In this document: piece by piece, positions 24,249 through 31,406 of the stretch
Layout: each line of letters begins with the position of its first letter
How positions within the stretch are numbered: position 1 is the stretch's first letter
IMG/VR virus record: IMGVR_UViG_3300045988_018198
Length of the DNA: 31,406 bases
Direction: 5' to 3' (one strand)
Source of the DNA: a virus
Made by a program: the position numbers and the translations under genes
The notes under the pieces: model-generated
Told to the model about the DNA's origin: nothing
Seen by the model: only the letters and a program-made list of their open reading frames with translations
Databases searched by the model: none

Positions 24249-25995
24249 GTTTCTGCTCCTTTCCAAACCAGGCATTTGCCTTCTGGCTTCGCTCCATGTT
24301 TTCCAGATACCGAACGCAGGCGAAAACAGAAGCGTCAAAAAGGTCTATCCTGTGTTCCGGCTGAATCTTTTCGTACTGGATCATATCGTCCGTCTTCTCC
24401 ACAGCACTCACATTCTCAACACAGTACTCAAATGCTTCGCTGTGCAAATAAAAAAGGTTCCCGTCTTTCGCACTCTTTTCGATGTGCCGGAAACCTTCGC
24501 TTTTTTTGTAATAGTATTGCGGCTGGTCGATGATGTGGAAGCCAGCCTTTTTCATGCCGATGAAATACTCCCGGCAGAACTTGCGGTCGTGGCCAACCTG
24601 CTTGATCTTGAAGCCTTTCTTTCGCATGGCAACGAACCAGTTCACCACGTCCGAATGGTTTACGGTCGGGCTATTGCACAGCGTAAGCCACCCGTCTTCC
24701 GCCCAGCCGAAAAGCGGGATGTTATCTTGATCCGCTTTCAGGTGCGCCGCCACCACCGGGAAAAAGGCGTGGGTGATGATGATATCCGTCCCCTTGTAGT
24801 TCCCGAACAGGCAGGCCGCCGTCAGGTCGTGAAGCTTTGAAAGGTCTGCGCCGCCGTACCAGTCGATAGGCAGTTTTGCCAACTGGTCAAGCGTCCAGTC
24901 GTGGGACTGGTCGCTTTTGCGGAATTCTTCGATATCAAAGTAGGCTTTCATTGCGTTCGTGTAGACGTTCAAGGACTTGGCAAAGAAGTCCTTCCGCTGT
25001 TGCGGATCGTTCTGCGCCTGCAAAGCGTCATTCATAATATCATCCGGGCGGATGGACACCCCGTAGGCCGGGTTTGCCATCTTGTGAACCTCCGGGTCGG
25101 TAAAATCAACGCTCCCATCCTTCACCCCGTCCGGGGCGCAACACATGAAAATGAAATACTGTTCATCCTTCACGGTTCCATCCAGAACCTTCCGGCAGTA
25201 TTTCAGCCGCTGGCCGAGGAAAAGTTGTTCATTATCCCCAGCGGTCGAGATCCCGATCATTAGCTTGTTGGTGTACGCCTTCATAGCCTCCTTGAAAAGG
25301 TTGTACTGCTTTGGTTGCTTGAAAGCGTGAATCTCGTCAGCGATCGCAATGTTGCAGTTCAAGGAGTCCTGGGCGTCCGGGTTGGCCGCCAGTGCTCGTA
25401 TAAAAAAAGAACCATCCGGAAGGGATGATTCTATGCTGTGTTCGTTGTTATTATCTATTACCTTAATACTTCCGCCGTCTTTCTGATTCTCTCCCATGCG
25501 GTCTATGTTGTATTTCAAAAAGTTGAAGCTCTCAAGCGACTGCATAAGTGCGGCGGAGGCAATATATGTTTTTGCCCCGCTCCGGCGGTATAGTATGGAC
25601 AATGCCCAGGCAAGAGCTGCGGCGAATGTGGTTTTGATATTCTTCCGGGGAATGTAGATCAATGCCTCGTGGTATCTTACGATATTTGTCCCTTTGATTT
25701 TGAAACCAAGAAGGTTGTAGATAATGAAGATATGAAAATCTTCCAGGACAAACGGCTCTCCCCGTAGCGGCGTACCGTCCAGCTTCTCGCCCTGCTGATG
25801 GCACAGGGTTTTCTCAATGATCTGTATGCAGAACTCCGGGTCTCGGCATTTCATTTCATAGGCCGGGTTCTCAAGATCACGGAAGAAGCGTTCAACTGCC
25901 TGCTTCCGTTCCTCGTTCGCTGTTATCTTGCCATCCCGGATATCTTCCGCATATTTCAATGCCACCGGCCAATGCTTATATTTGGATTTCTGCAA
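24241..25995 (-). CDS. terL: Terminase large subunit
   Basis: 584 aa; ATPase segment [17 protein letters not shown]..; ADEIH Walker-B-like; C-terminal nuclease half. Confidence 0.9.
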   Translation of the reverse strand: MQKSKYKHWPVALKYAEDIRDGKITANEERKQAVERFFRDLENPAYEMKCRDPEFCIQIIEKTLCHQQGEKLDGTPLRGEPFVLEDFHIFIIYNLLGFKIKGTNIVRYHEALIYIPRKNIKTTFAAALAWALSILYRRSGAKTYIASAALMQSLESFNFLKYNIDRMGENQKDGGSIKVIDNNNEHSIESSLPDGSFFIRALAANPDAQDSLNCNIAIADEIHAFKQPKQYNLFKEAMKAYTNKLMIGISTAGDNEQLFLGQRLKYCRKVLDGTVKDEQYFIFMCCAPDGVKDGSVDFTDPEVHKMANPAYGVSIRPDDIMNDALQAQNDPQQRKDFFAKSLNVYTNAMKAYFDIEEFRKSDQSHDWTLDQLAKLPIDWYGGADLSKLHDLTAACLFGNYKGTDIIITHAFFPVVAAHLKADQDNIPLFGWAEDGWLTLCNSPTVNHSDVVNWFVAMRKKGFKIKQVGHDRKFCREYFIGMKKAGFHIIDQPQYYYKKSEGFRHIEKSAKDGNLFYLHSEAFEYCVENVSAVEKTDDMIQYEKIQPEHRIDLFDASVFACVRYLENMERSQKANAWFGKEQKHE

Positions 25996-26341
25996 GGATG
26001 CTTGCCAGCCCTTTCCGTTTCTCTTCCGGGATCGCCGCTTCTCCCTTTATCTTTCTGTACCCGGCGGGGGTGAGCCCAAGTTCCCGGTTATACATCAAGA
26101 TGTTATTCTGTAAGCCCTCAATAGCAAGAAAAAACGGGTTTTTCACAAGGTTGGTGCTCCCGTTCTTATTTGTGTGCTTTACCACGATATTTCCTCCGCT
26201 TTTTTGGAACTGCTCACGGGCAGTATCCATATCCTCGTAGATATTCGCCAGGTTATCGATGACTTTTTCAAACTCCGGCTTATACGTTCCGATGTTCTTC
26301 ATATCCTGCACGATCTTTTTCTTATAGGTTGAGGCTTTCAC
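25976..26341 (-). CDS. terS: Terminase small subunit (P27 family-like)
   Basis: ..[31 protein letters not shown].. motif. A GTG start at 26341 with AGGTGA upstream is the most plausible. Confidence 0.7.
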   Translation of the reverse strand: MKASTYKKKIVQDMKNIGTYKPEFEKVIDNLANIYEDMDTAREQFQKSGGNIVVKHTNKNGSTNLVKNPFFLAIEGLQNNILMYNRELGLTPAGYRKIKGEAAIPEEKRKGLASILAEIQI

Positions 26342-26342
26342 T

Positions 26343-27503
26343 TCAATCACCTTTCTCCATCTCATTCAACTCTTCTATCAGTTCTCTTTCTCTGTCAGAA
26401 AGCTCCCAGACGGCAACCTCTTTCTCGGCGGCGGCTTTCTCGGCGGCGGCTTTCTCGGCGGCGGTATCGGATATCAGGAACGCCCCTCCGTATATTACTT
26501 TTCCATCTTCTTTCTGCGAATCAATGGAGCGAACAAAAACGGCGTTTTTAACTCGTATGTTCGCACCTTTTTTCACCCACTTCCCAAGTCTCGCCGCTGT
26601 AATGACGTTTTCTGGATAGCTATAACTCGGAAGATCTTGTCTTTCTTCTTTGCTCGCTTCGTCAGCTTGTGCTTTCAGGTCTGGAGCAGTTATAATCTTG
26701 AACTCTCCAAGATTTGTTATAAATGAGGTTCCAACAACCGCCCCGTTCTCATATACCACATCGGCTCCGACAACCACATATTTGCACAGTCCCGAGGCAA
26801 TAGAAAACAACGTTGTGTGTTGAGCGAACAAGAAAAACGGGATCTCTCTCTCCATATAAAACCGGCATATTTCCGACAATATGGAAAACGGCGGGTTATC
26901 TATGACAACATCATTTTCGCCATAGTTTTCATTCTGATAATCCCCGCCCGGGTAGAACGGTCTAACGACATTTTTTCCTTCAAGTCCGTACTCTTTTACA
27001 GCCCATTTTTTCACAACCTCATACACCGCCTCCGGGGTGTAACAATCGTCCGTGGTTAATTTTGGCTTGAATTTTTCCTCAAACTCGTTATATTCTTCCG
27101 TCCGCTCTCCTTCTTCGTCTCCCCAGAAGTGGGACGGCTCGCCGATGTCGAAACCAAATTCTTCCATATCTATGTAGGACATCTTTTCCAGCTCTTCATC
27201 CAGAAGATCAAAGTCCCACTCTGCCATTTCTCCAACCTTATTATCGGCCAGGCGAAAGGCTCGGATCTGTTCCTCTGTGAGATCATCAGCGATAATGCAA
27301 GGGATCTCTTTCATCCCCAGCTTCCTCGCCGCTTTGTACCGGGTGTGGCCAGCTATGATCTCGCCGCTTTTGTCAATCACGGCTGGAACCTTGAAGCCAA
27401 ATTCCTTAATACTGTTCGCCACAGCGTCAACCGCTTTGTCGTTTCGCCTCGGATTGTTTTTGTATGGATGAAGTTCTTCAAGTTTTTTGTAGATTATCTG
27501 CAC
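26343..27503 (-). CDS. ParB-like nuclease domain fused to a putative N6-adenine DNA methyltransferase
   Basis: N-terminal LHPYKNNPRRND...GHTRYKAARKLG is ParB/Srx-like. The central CYTPEAV and VVIDNPPFS resemble MTase motif IV (NPPF). Confidence 0.65.
   Translation of the reverse strand: MQIIYKKLEELHPYKNNPRRNDKAVDAVANSIKEFGFKVPAVIDKSGEIIAGHTRYKAARKLGMKEIPCIIADDLTEEQIRAFRLADNKVGEMAEWDFDLLDEELEKMSYIDMEEFGFDIGEPSHFWGDEEGERTEEYNEFEEKFKPKLTTDDCYTPEAVYEVVKKWAVKEYGLEGKNVVRPFYPGGDYQNENYGENDVVIDNPPFSILSEICRFYMEREIPFFLFAQHTTLFSIASGLCKYVVVGADVVYENGAVVGTSFITNLGEFKIITAPDLKAQADEASKEERQDLPSYSYPENVITAARLGKWVKKGANIRVKNAVFVRSIDSQKEDGKVIYGGAFLISDTAAEKAAAEKAAAEKEVAVWELSDRERELIEELNEMEKGD
26420..26464 (-). repeat. 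Exact 15-bp tandem repeat x3 within the ParB-MTase gene
   Basis: CTTTCTCGGCGGCGG x3 encodes AAEKA-AAEKA-AAEK on the minus strand. Confidence 0.9.
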
Positions 27504-27546
27504 CGATTATCCCCTTTTCCTAAATTTCCCCTAGATATGGAAATGA

Positions 27547-28401
27547 TTACCCCCACCCAGTAGCTCGGGTTATATAGCCCCTATAAGCCCCAGGGGGCAT
27601 ATGGTTTCCTTTTCTGGTATTGCATTTTCTGTGTGCCAGCTTTACATTTTCCCACGAGTGTAGTCCGCCTTTGCTGACTGGAATAACGTGATCTATACTT
27701 GGATACCAGTCTCCACATATGACAACTCCATCCCTTACAACGTAATCTTCCCAATCACAAAGGCCGCCGCACAAATGGCAAACCCCTCCATCTTTTTTAT
27801 ACAAAGACTGTAGAGTTATATCTTTATCCACAATAGCTTTTGGATCTATTCTGTTGTCCTTAATTCTGTTTCTATTCTTGTTTGCACACTTGTTAGAGCA
27901 ATATTTTCTCCTCTTGCCCTTTATAAATTCCTTCCCGCATACAGGGCAAGTCGATTTTAAATTATTTCTTTTGATCGCAATGCTTATAAGATCATTTAAC
28001 TTATCTTCGTAATTCTTGGCAATTCTTCTGAATGTTTTCGCCTCATTCAGTTTTTCCTTGCATTTAGGGCAATCATATCCCTTAAAAATTACATCTCTGT
28101 AATATCTACTGAACACACCGCCGCAAACACTGCACCGTATATCTATTTTGTTGTCAGCGTCTATATATCCGCCAATATATTCATATCTTCCGTTTGTGCT
28201 TTCGCTGACCTTTTCTTTTACTTTTTCTTCTGTATACCTTGCGTCATGAGGATTTCTTTTTCCCATTACCCCATCAAGACCAATTTTTCTACAATAATTC
28301 CTTACCGTATCCCTTGTCTCAAATATAAGAGCGGCTATAGATGAATAACCATAGCCGCTTAACCTTAATTCCTTTATCCTTTTCTTTTTTTCTTCTGTCA
28401 A
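27547..28401 (-). CDS. HNH endonuclease with N-terminal HTH and central zinc ribbons
   Basis: C-terminal CHLCGG...SIDHVIPVSKGGLHSWENVKLAHRKCNTRKG is a canonical HNH motif. The N-terminus has KELRLSGYGYSSIAALI..TVRNYCRK, an HTH-like segment. Confidence 0.8.
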   Translation of the reverse strand: MTEEKKKRIKELRLSGYGYSSIAALIFETRDTVRNYCRKIGLDGVMGKRNPHDARYTEEKVKEKVSESTNGRYEYIGGYIDADNKIDIRCSVCGGVFSRYYRDVIFKGYDCPKCKEKLNEAKTFRRIAKNYEDKLNDLISIAIKRNNLKSTCPVCGKEFIKGKRRKYCSNKCANKNRNRIKDNRIDPKAIVDKDITLQSLYKKDGGVCHLCGGLCDWEDYVVRDGVVICGDWYPSIDHVIPVSKGGLHSWENVKLAHRKCNTRKGNHMPPGAYRGYITRATGWG

Positions 28402-28418
28402 CTTTAAATCCTCAATTT

Positions 28419-28631
28419 CTACTCCTGCTCTCCGGCCATCTCATTTACAGAGATATAAGCAATGGCATGGCTCATGACACGGATCAATAGACCGTCAGAT
28501 CTCTCAAATGAGTATACGTCTCCATGCTTCATCTGTGTGAGCATACCATCCTTACTCTTTGCCTTTCCCTTTGTCATAATCTTGCTTCCGTCCATCAGCC
28601 GGAACATCACGCTATATTCTTTCTCTTTCAT
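28419..28631 (-). CDS. Hypothetical protein (70 aa from MKEKEYSVMF)
   Basis: ATG at 28631 overlaps the upstream stop (ATGA). Confidence 0.55.
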   Translation of the reverse strand: MKEKEYSVMFRLMDGSKIMTKGKAKSKDGMLTQMKHGDVYSFERSDGLLIRVMSHAIAYISVNEMAGEQE

Positions 28632-28951
28632 TCTTCTTCTCCTGTGCAAAGGCAGATCCTCGTAGTTCCGTCCTTATTGACCTCGATCATATACACTCTA
28701 TCCCTCATATCCTCCGGCAGTCTTTCGATAGACAGGTTCCTTACTTCTACTTCCTGCGCCGGAAGAAATACGGGATTCCTTATCTCTTCTACCAGCTTCT
28801 CGAGCCTCTTTATCTTATCTCTGTATTGATCGCATTCACGGTTTAGAAGCAAGATGGCTTCCTGCTCATTGCTTGCACCTAATACATTCATTCTGTGCAT
28901 TACCCTTTTATATTCCTTGCAATCTTCAAAAAATTTTTCTAAATCATCCAT
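28628..28951 (-). CDS. Hypothetical protein (107 aa)
   Basis: ATG ORF co-oriented with neighbours; no recognisable motif. Confidence 0.6.
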   Translation of the reverse strand: MDDLEKFFEDCKEYKRVMHRMNVLGASNEQEAILLLNRECDQYRDKIKRLEKLVEEIRNPVFLPAQEVEVRNLSIERLPEDMRDRVYMIEVNKDGTTRICLCTGEEE

Positions 28952-29258
28952 TCCTTTTCCTCCAATCTACCCCCGGCTTCGTCCTGCGCTGTAGCCGGAT
29001 CCCCAGCTCCGTAAGCTCCCCGGTCTTTCTGTTCTCTAACTTATTGTGGGTTGCCATGCTCACACTGATAAGGTTCCAGTCCTGCCACGCATATTCCGGG
29101 TACTCGTCTGCCGGATAGATATGATGTACTACCACGGCTTCCTCGGTACGCCCGTACCGCTTGGCCACTCTTCACACGTAGCCATCCATTCGCAGGATCT
29201 TGAGCCGCTTCCTTTTCCATTTGCTTCCGTAGTAATCGAAAATCTTTTTCGCTTCCTT
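28944..29258 (-). pseudogene. Disrupted small HNH endonuclease: no in-frame start, and an in-frame TGA at 29172..29174 where the family has a conserved Cys
   Basis: One frame reads KEAKKIFDYYGSKWKRKRLKILRMDGYV-TGA-RVAKRYGRTEEAVVVHHIYPADEYPEY..NLISVSMATHNKLENR... The only upstream start (GTG 29262) is in another frame, across the A5 run at 29245..29249. Confidence 0.55.
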
Positions 29259-29292
29259 TCACAAAAATAGCCCCAGCACACTTGCCAGGGCT
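29259..29292 (-). terminator. Intrinsic terminator upstream of the packaging/late genes
   Basis: The minus strand has AGCCCTGGCA-AGTG-TGCTGGGGCT (10-bp stem including two G-U pairs) followed by ATTTTTGTG. Confidence 0.7.
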
Positions 29293-29392
29293 ATCTATAA
29301 GGAGAGGTGTAAGAAATAGAGGGCAACCGCAAAGACCTTTTGACGGGTGCTTTGCGGTAGGAGGTTACTGAACGTCTTATGTCTTTTTCCTC
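29259..29392 (-). ncRNA. Candidate ~130-nt short transcript or leader RNA (promoter to terminator), containing a 9-bp hairpin
   Basis: Bounded by the promoter at 29399..29426 and the terminator at 29259..29292. Internal hairpin ACCGCAAAG (16-nt loop) CTTTGCGGT at 29325..29358. No plausible ORF. Confidence 0.4.
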
Positions 29393-29398
29393 GCTTAC

Positions 29399-29426
29399 AG
29401 TATATCAAAGTCAAGTGTGCTGTAAA
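29399..29426 (-). promoter_or_regulatory. Near-consensus sigma-A promoter with extended -10
   Basis: The minus strand reads TTTACA (29426..29421), a 16-nt spacer ending TGA, then TATACT (29404..29399). Confidence 0.65.
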
Positions 29427-29450
29427 GGTGGAAAATCATATTTTTCTAAA

Positions 29451-29585
29451 TTATTTTTCTTTGTTCCTCAAAAAGTTCATTAATGACTCTGCTTTTTCAA
29501 CTCGTAACGTGCAATCCTTTCTCGCCTTGTCCTCAAGCATGTCCTCAATATCATTTATCCTGTCCATCCATTCATCCGCCTGCAT
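29451..29585 (-). CDS. Small hypothetical protein (44 aa from MQADEWMDRINDIEDML)
   Basis: GGGAGGAG lies 5 nt upstream of the ATG at 29585; the track start at 29672 overlaps the upstream gene and is unlikely. Confidence 0.55.
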   Translation of the reverse strand: MQADEWMDRINDIEDMLEDKARKDCTLRVEKAESLMNFLRNKEK

Positions 29586-29598
29586 AACTCTCCTCCCA

Positions 29599-29937
29599 TC
29601 AATGTAATATCCGTTGCCCGCAGTTTGGACAGAAATCATAGTCATCATAGTCAACCTCGTAGTCTTCGCCACAGCTTGGACAGATCCATGTGTCGTATAT
29701 CATTTCTCCATCCTCGCCATACCCGTCACCTTCGAGCGTTGGGGATTTTGGCTTCTGCTTCTGCACCGCTTCCCGGCACTCTTCCACGGTTCCGATTTCC
29801 CGGTACTGCTGGATTTCTTTGAGGGCGGAGATTGCGGTATCAATCGTTTCGCATATTTCGCCTTCTGAAAATGAAAGCTTTTCTCCGCATCCAGGCCTTA
29901 AGTTTTCTAAGATCATTACTTCTTCATTCTCCGTCAT
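29599..29937 (-). CDS. Hypothetical Cys-rich / zinc-ribbon protein; paralog of 1031..1393
   Basis: ATG at 29937 (MTENEEVMI) with AGGAG upstream; motifs YREIGTVEECREAVQKQKPKSP, CPSCGE and CPNCGQRI. Confidence 0.7.
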   Translation of the reverse strand: MTENEEVMILENLRPGCGEKLSFSEGEICETIDTAISALKEIQQYREIGTVEECREAVQKQKPKSPTLEGDGYGEDGEMIYDTWICPSCGEDYEVDYDDYDFCPNCGQRILH

Positions 29938-30088
29938 TGTTATCGCTCCTTTCCCGACATTCCTCACATATCCACGGTTCTATATCTTCCCAATCGGAAT
30001 AATGTGTATTATATATCTGTCTAACTCGGATTTCTTTTCCGCATATTACACATTTTCTTTTTATCAAACGAAATCCGGTTTGATTCAT
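29924..30088 (-). CDS. Small zinc-ribbon protein (54 aa, MNQTGFRLIKRKCVICGKEI...WICEECRERS..)
   Basis: Not in the track (under 60 aa). The ATG overlaps the upstream TGA (ATGA). Two CxxC pairs. Confidence 0.5.
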   Translation of the reverse strand: MNQTGFRLIKRKCVICGKEIRVRQIYNTHYSDWEDIEPWICEECRERSDNNDGE

Positions 30089-30426
30089 TTATCGCTCCTT
30101 TCTGGGCGGTACGACTCTGGAAGAGGCATCCAAGCCTTCACATCCAGAGCGCTCCATCCGTCCGTGAATTTCTTCCCGTTCCAAAATGCCCTTAACGGAT
30201 AACTTCCTCCAATATCCACCAAATATAGCTCCAATGGCTTGTCATCAAACACAGGATTTTCTTCCGGCTCTTCCGGCAGCCGTTCCTCAACCGGAATCCA
30301 TCCGTCATTCATGTGCTTGCGGATAATCTTTTTTACCGTTTCTACATACATCATAGGCTCATCCGCATTATCATAAAAATGTACTCGATTATCTATCTCT
30401 TCCAGAATCTTCTCTAATTCCAGCAT
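30085..30426 (-). CDS. DUF551-like phage protein
   Basis: DGWIPVEERLPEE ... WMPLPESYRP pattern typical of DUF551. Confidence 0.6.
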   Translation of the reverse strand: MLELEKILEEIDNRVHFYDNADEPMMYVETVKKIIRKHMNDGWIPVEERLPEEPEENPVFDDKPLELYLVDIGGSYPLRAFWNGKKFTDGWSALDVKAWMPLPESYRPERSDK

Positions 30427-30427
30427 G

Positions 30428-30547
30428 TCAGTCCTCCTCTAAATCTTGATATTCCATTTCTGCGCCAGTCGTATCTTCGTATTTCCCTTTTGTGTACATA
30501 ATCACCTCTCTTTGAGGCGTTTTTATTGTCTTTGTTAATCTCTCCAT
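30428..30547 (-). CDS. Small hypothetical protein (39 aa, MERLTKTIKTPQREVIMYTKGKYEDTTGAEMEYQDLEED)
   Basis: Not in the track. GGAGGAAGG upstream; the stop lies 1 nt before the next ATG. Confidence 0.4.
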   Translation of the reverse strand: MERLTKTIKTPQREVIMYTKGKYEDTTGAEMEYQDLEED

Positions 30548-30570
30548 ATCCTTCCTCCGCTAAATGTCAG

Positions 30571-30870
30571 TTACGCTTCCGGCAATTCTCCGTATCTTTC
30601 TTCGTATTCTTCCGTAGCGTATGTCATTAAAAGGCTCTGTGCCTCAAATTCATATATTGCCTGTCCATATGTTTTACAATCTACTTCATGGGTTAAAAGC
30701 CAATTGCCTTTCTCTGACCTCCACAATTCACAAGGATAATACCTTCCAACTTCTTTCCCTCCGTATATAGCGCTCATAAAGACGTTGTCCACCTTATACC
30801 ACTTCTTTACATCCGCCACTTTTTCCATTTTATCTGTATCATATTTTTTACCGTCTATGATAAATACCAT
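30571..30870 (-). CDS. Hypothetical protein (99 aa, MVFIIDGKKYDTDKMEKVADV..)
   Basis: ATG with GAGGAGG upstream; the N-terminal IDGKKYDT motif recurs in small mobile-element proteins of unknown function. Confidence 0.65.
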   Translation of the reverse strand: MVFIIDGKKYDTDKMEKVADVKKWYKVDNVFMSAIYGGKEVGRYYPCELWRSEKGNWLLTHEVDCKTYGQAIYEFEAQSLLMTYATEEYEERYGELPEA

Positions 30871-30894
30871 GTTTTTCCTCCTCTAAATGTCAGT

Positions 30895-31089
30895 TTAGCT
30901 GTCCAAAAATGACTTAAAGGCATTGTAAAAATTATCTGTCCCATCCTCGTATCCCTGCGAATAGCAGTTTAACTTTTCCTGCCCGTGGGTTCTCGGAGGG
31001 TAGTTTGCATATAATTGCTCTTTCCTGTTCCCATCCTTAATTTTTTTGATATAGTCCAAAACCTTCTTTTTTCTTACTAATCCAAACAT
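30895..31089 (-). CDS. Hypothetical protein (64 aa)
   Basis: ATG with GGAGGTAG upstream; co-oriented and tightly packed with neighbours. Confidence 0.55.
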   Translation of the reverse strand: MFGLVRKKKVLDYIKKIKDGNRKEQLYANYPPRTHGQEKLNCYSQGYEDGTDNFYNAFKSFLDS

Positions 31090-31109
31090 TTGTCTACCTC
31101 CACTAAATT

Positions 31110-31406
31110 CTAATTTACCTCTACAAACTCACCCTTTTCCAGCTTGTAAAATGTATCTTCCTTGATCTTTTCCCCATCTACACGCTCGGTTTTTACACAA
31201 ACCGGCACACATCTTCCTTTTATCTCGTCATATATCCATTCTGAAAGAGTAATCCAGCTTCCTTTCTTTGCTTTTACAGCGGAACCATGACCCGCACAGC
31301 AAATTACAGAATCTTCCCCAGTGCTTCCGATCTGTGCGGCGTACCCGGATGAGCCGATCCGTGCGGAGTTCCCGGATGAGCCGATCCGTGCGGAGTCCCC
31401 GGAGGA
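31110..31406 (-). CDS. C-terminal part of the wrap-around DUF7666-like repeat protein (joins 1..427 through the circular junction)
   Basis: Hand translation gives SSGDSARIGSSGNSARIGSSGYAAQIGSTGEDSVICCAGHGSAVKAKKGSWITLSEWIYDE...GEFVEVN*, with TAG at 31110-31112. Confidence 0.75.
   Translation of the reverse strand, partial: SSGDSARIGSSGNSARIGSSGYAAQIGSTGEDSVICCAGHGSAVKAKKGSWITLSEWIYDEIKGRCVPVCVKTERVDGEKIKEDTFYKLEKGEFVEVN
31325..31406 (-). repeat. 27-bp tandem repeat units at the right end (same array as 1..81)
   Basis: Three successive 27-nt units at 31325, 31352 and 31379. Confidence 0.85.
31352..31406. repeat. Exact 55-nt terminal overlap, identical to 1..55
   Basis: Direct comparison of the window ends. 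Confidence 0.95.

Larger units (their letters stand above)
1..31406. mobile_element. Complete temperate tailed-phage genome (HK97-like siphovirus organisation), circularly permuted; unique length about 31,351 bp
   Basis: Integrase plus attP-like tRNA fragment, recombination/early module, canonical terminase-portal-protease-capsid-tail-lysis order, and identical 55-nt window ends. Confidence 0.9.

Noticed and set aside
29172-29174. In-frame TGA at a conserved Cys position of the HNH gene as selenocysteine or stop-codon recoding. A small hairpin (GGTAC-GGGC-GTACC) lies about 15 nt downstream.
   Set aside because: Many other genes in the window clearly terminate at TGA (for example 648-650, 30085-30087, 11181-11183), so the genome is not TGA-recoded. 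The hairpin is short and not SECIS-like in a way I can defend. The gene also lacks a start codon, so decay or a sequencing error is the simpler explanation.
29347-29607. Plus-strand 86-aa ORF, and a 33-aa ATG ORF (from 29379) downstream of an AGGAGG on the plus strand
   Set aside because: The AGGAGG is 14 nt from the ATG, which is too far. The longer ORF is antisense to the 44-aa gene. The translations are hydrophobic and low-complexity. The region is better explained by the minus-strand promoter/hairpin/terminator.
1-31406. CRISPR arrays, complete tRNA or rRNA genes, transposases and IS elements
   Set aside because: Reading both strands, I saw no regularly spaced repeat-spacer array, no complete cloverleaf and no transposase-like ORF. 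Only the partial tRNA-Lys 3' half at 8779..8825 was found.

Overview
The window appears to be a complete, circularly closed temperate tailed-phage genome. Its first 55 nt are identical to its last 55 nt, giving about 31,351 bp of unique sequence. The style is HK97-like siphovirus. Strong GGAGG-type ribosome-binding sites, a tRNA-Lys-type attP, a TcdE/LL-H-like holin and an amidase endolysin suggest a Firmicutes (Clostridia-like) host; this is inference. Almost every gene is on the minus strand as one long leftward array. Starting at a consensus early promoter near 7411-7439 and wrapping through the junction, the order is: early and recombination genes (Sak3/DUF1071-like annealase, NinB/Orf-like, RusA-like, DUF6291/DnaD-like, XRE HTH, MazG-like, ArpU/sigma-like), many small Cys-rich proteins, a promoter-hairpin-terminator unit, HNH genes, a ParB-methylase fusion, TerS, TerL, portal, protease, capsid, connectors, major tail, frameshifted chaperone, tape measure, Dit, Tal, tail fibre, holin and endolysin. 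The plus-strand elements are the tyrosine integrase, two small cargo ORFs and a silent inverted tail-fibre cassette. The main second-look items are: (1) a candidate invertible tail-fibre C-terminal switch bounded by 30-bp inverted repeats, with no linked invertase; (2) a Firmicutes-type LexA (Cheo) box abutting the early promoter in a phage with no divergent CI-type repressor; (3) a consensus promoter followed within about 130 nt by a hairpin and an intrinsic terminator, just upstream of the packaging/late genes; (4) an attP carrying the 3' half of tRNA-Lys(UUU) plus its terminator and arm repeats; (5) a +1 (not -1) tail-chaperone frameshift on an A7 run; (6) a decayed HNH gene alongside two other homing-endonuclease-like genes. 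All family names come from recognising motifs by eye. No database search was run.
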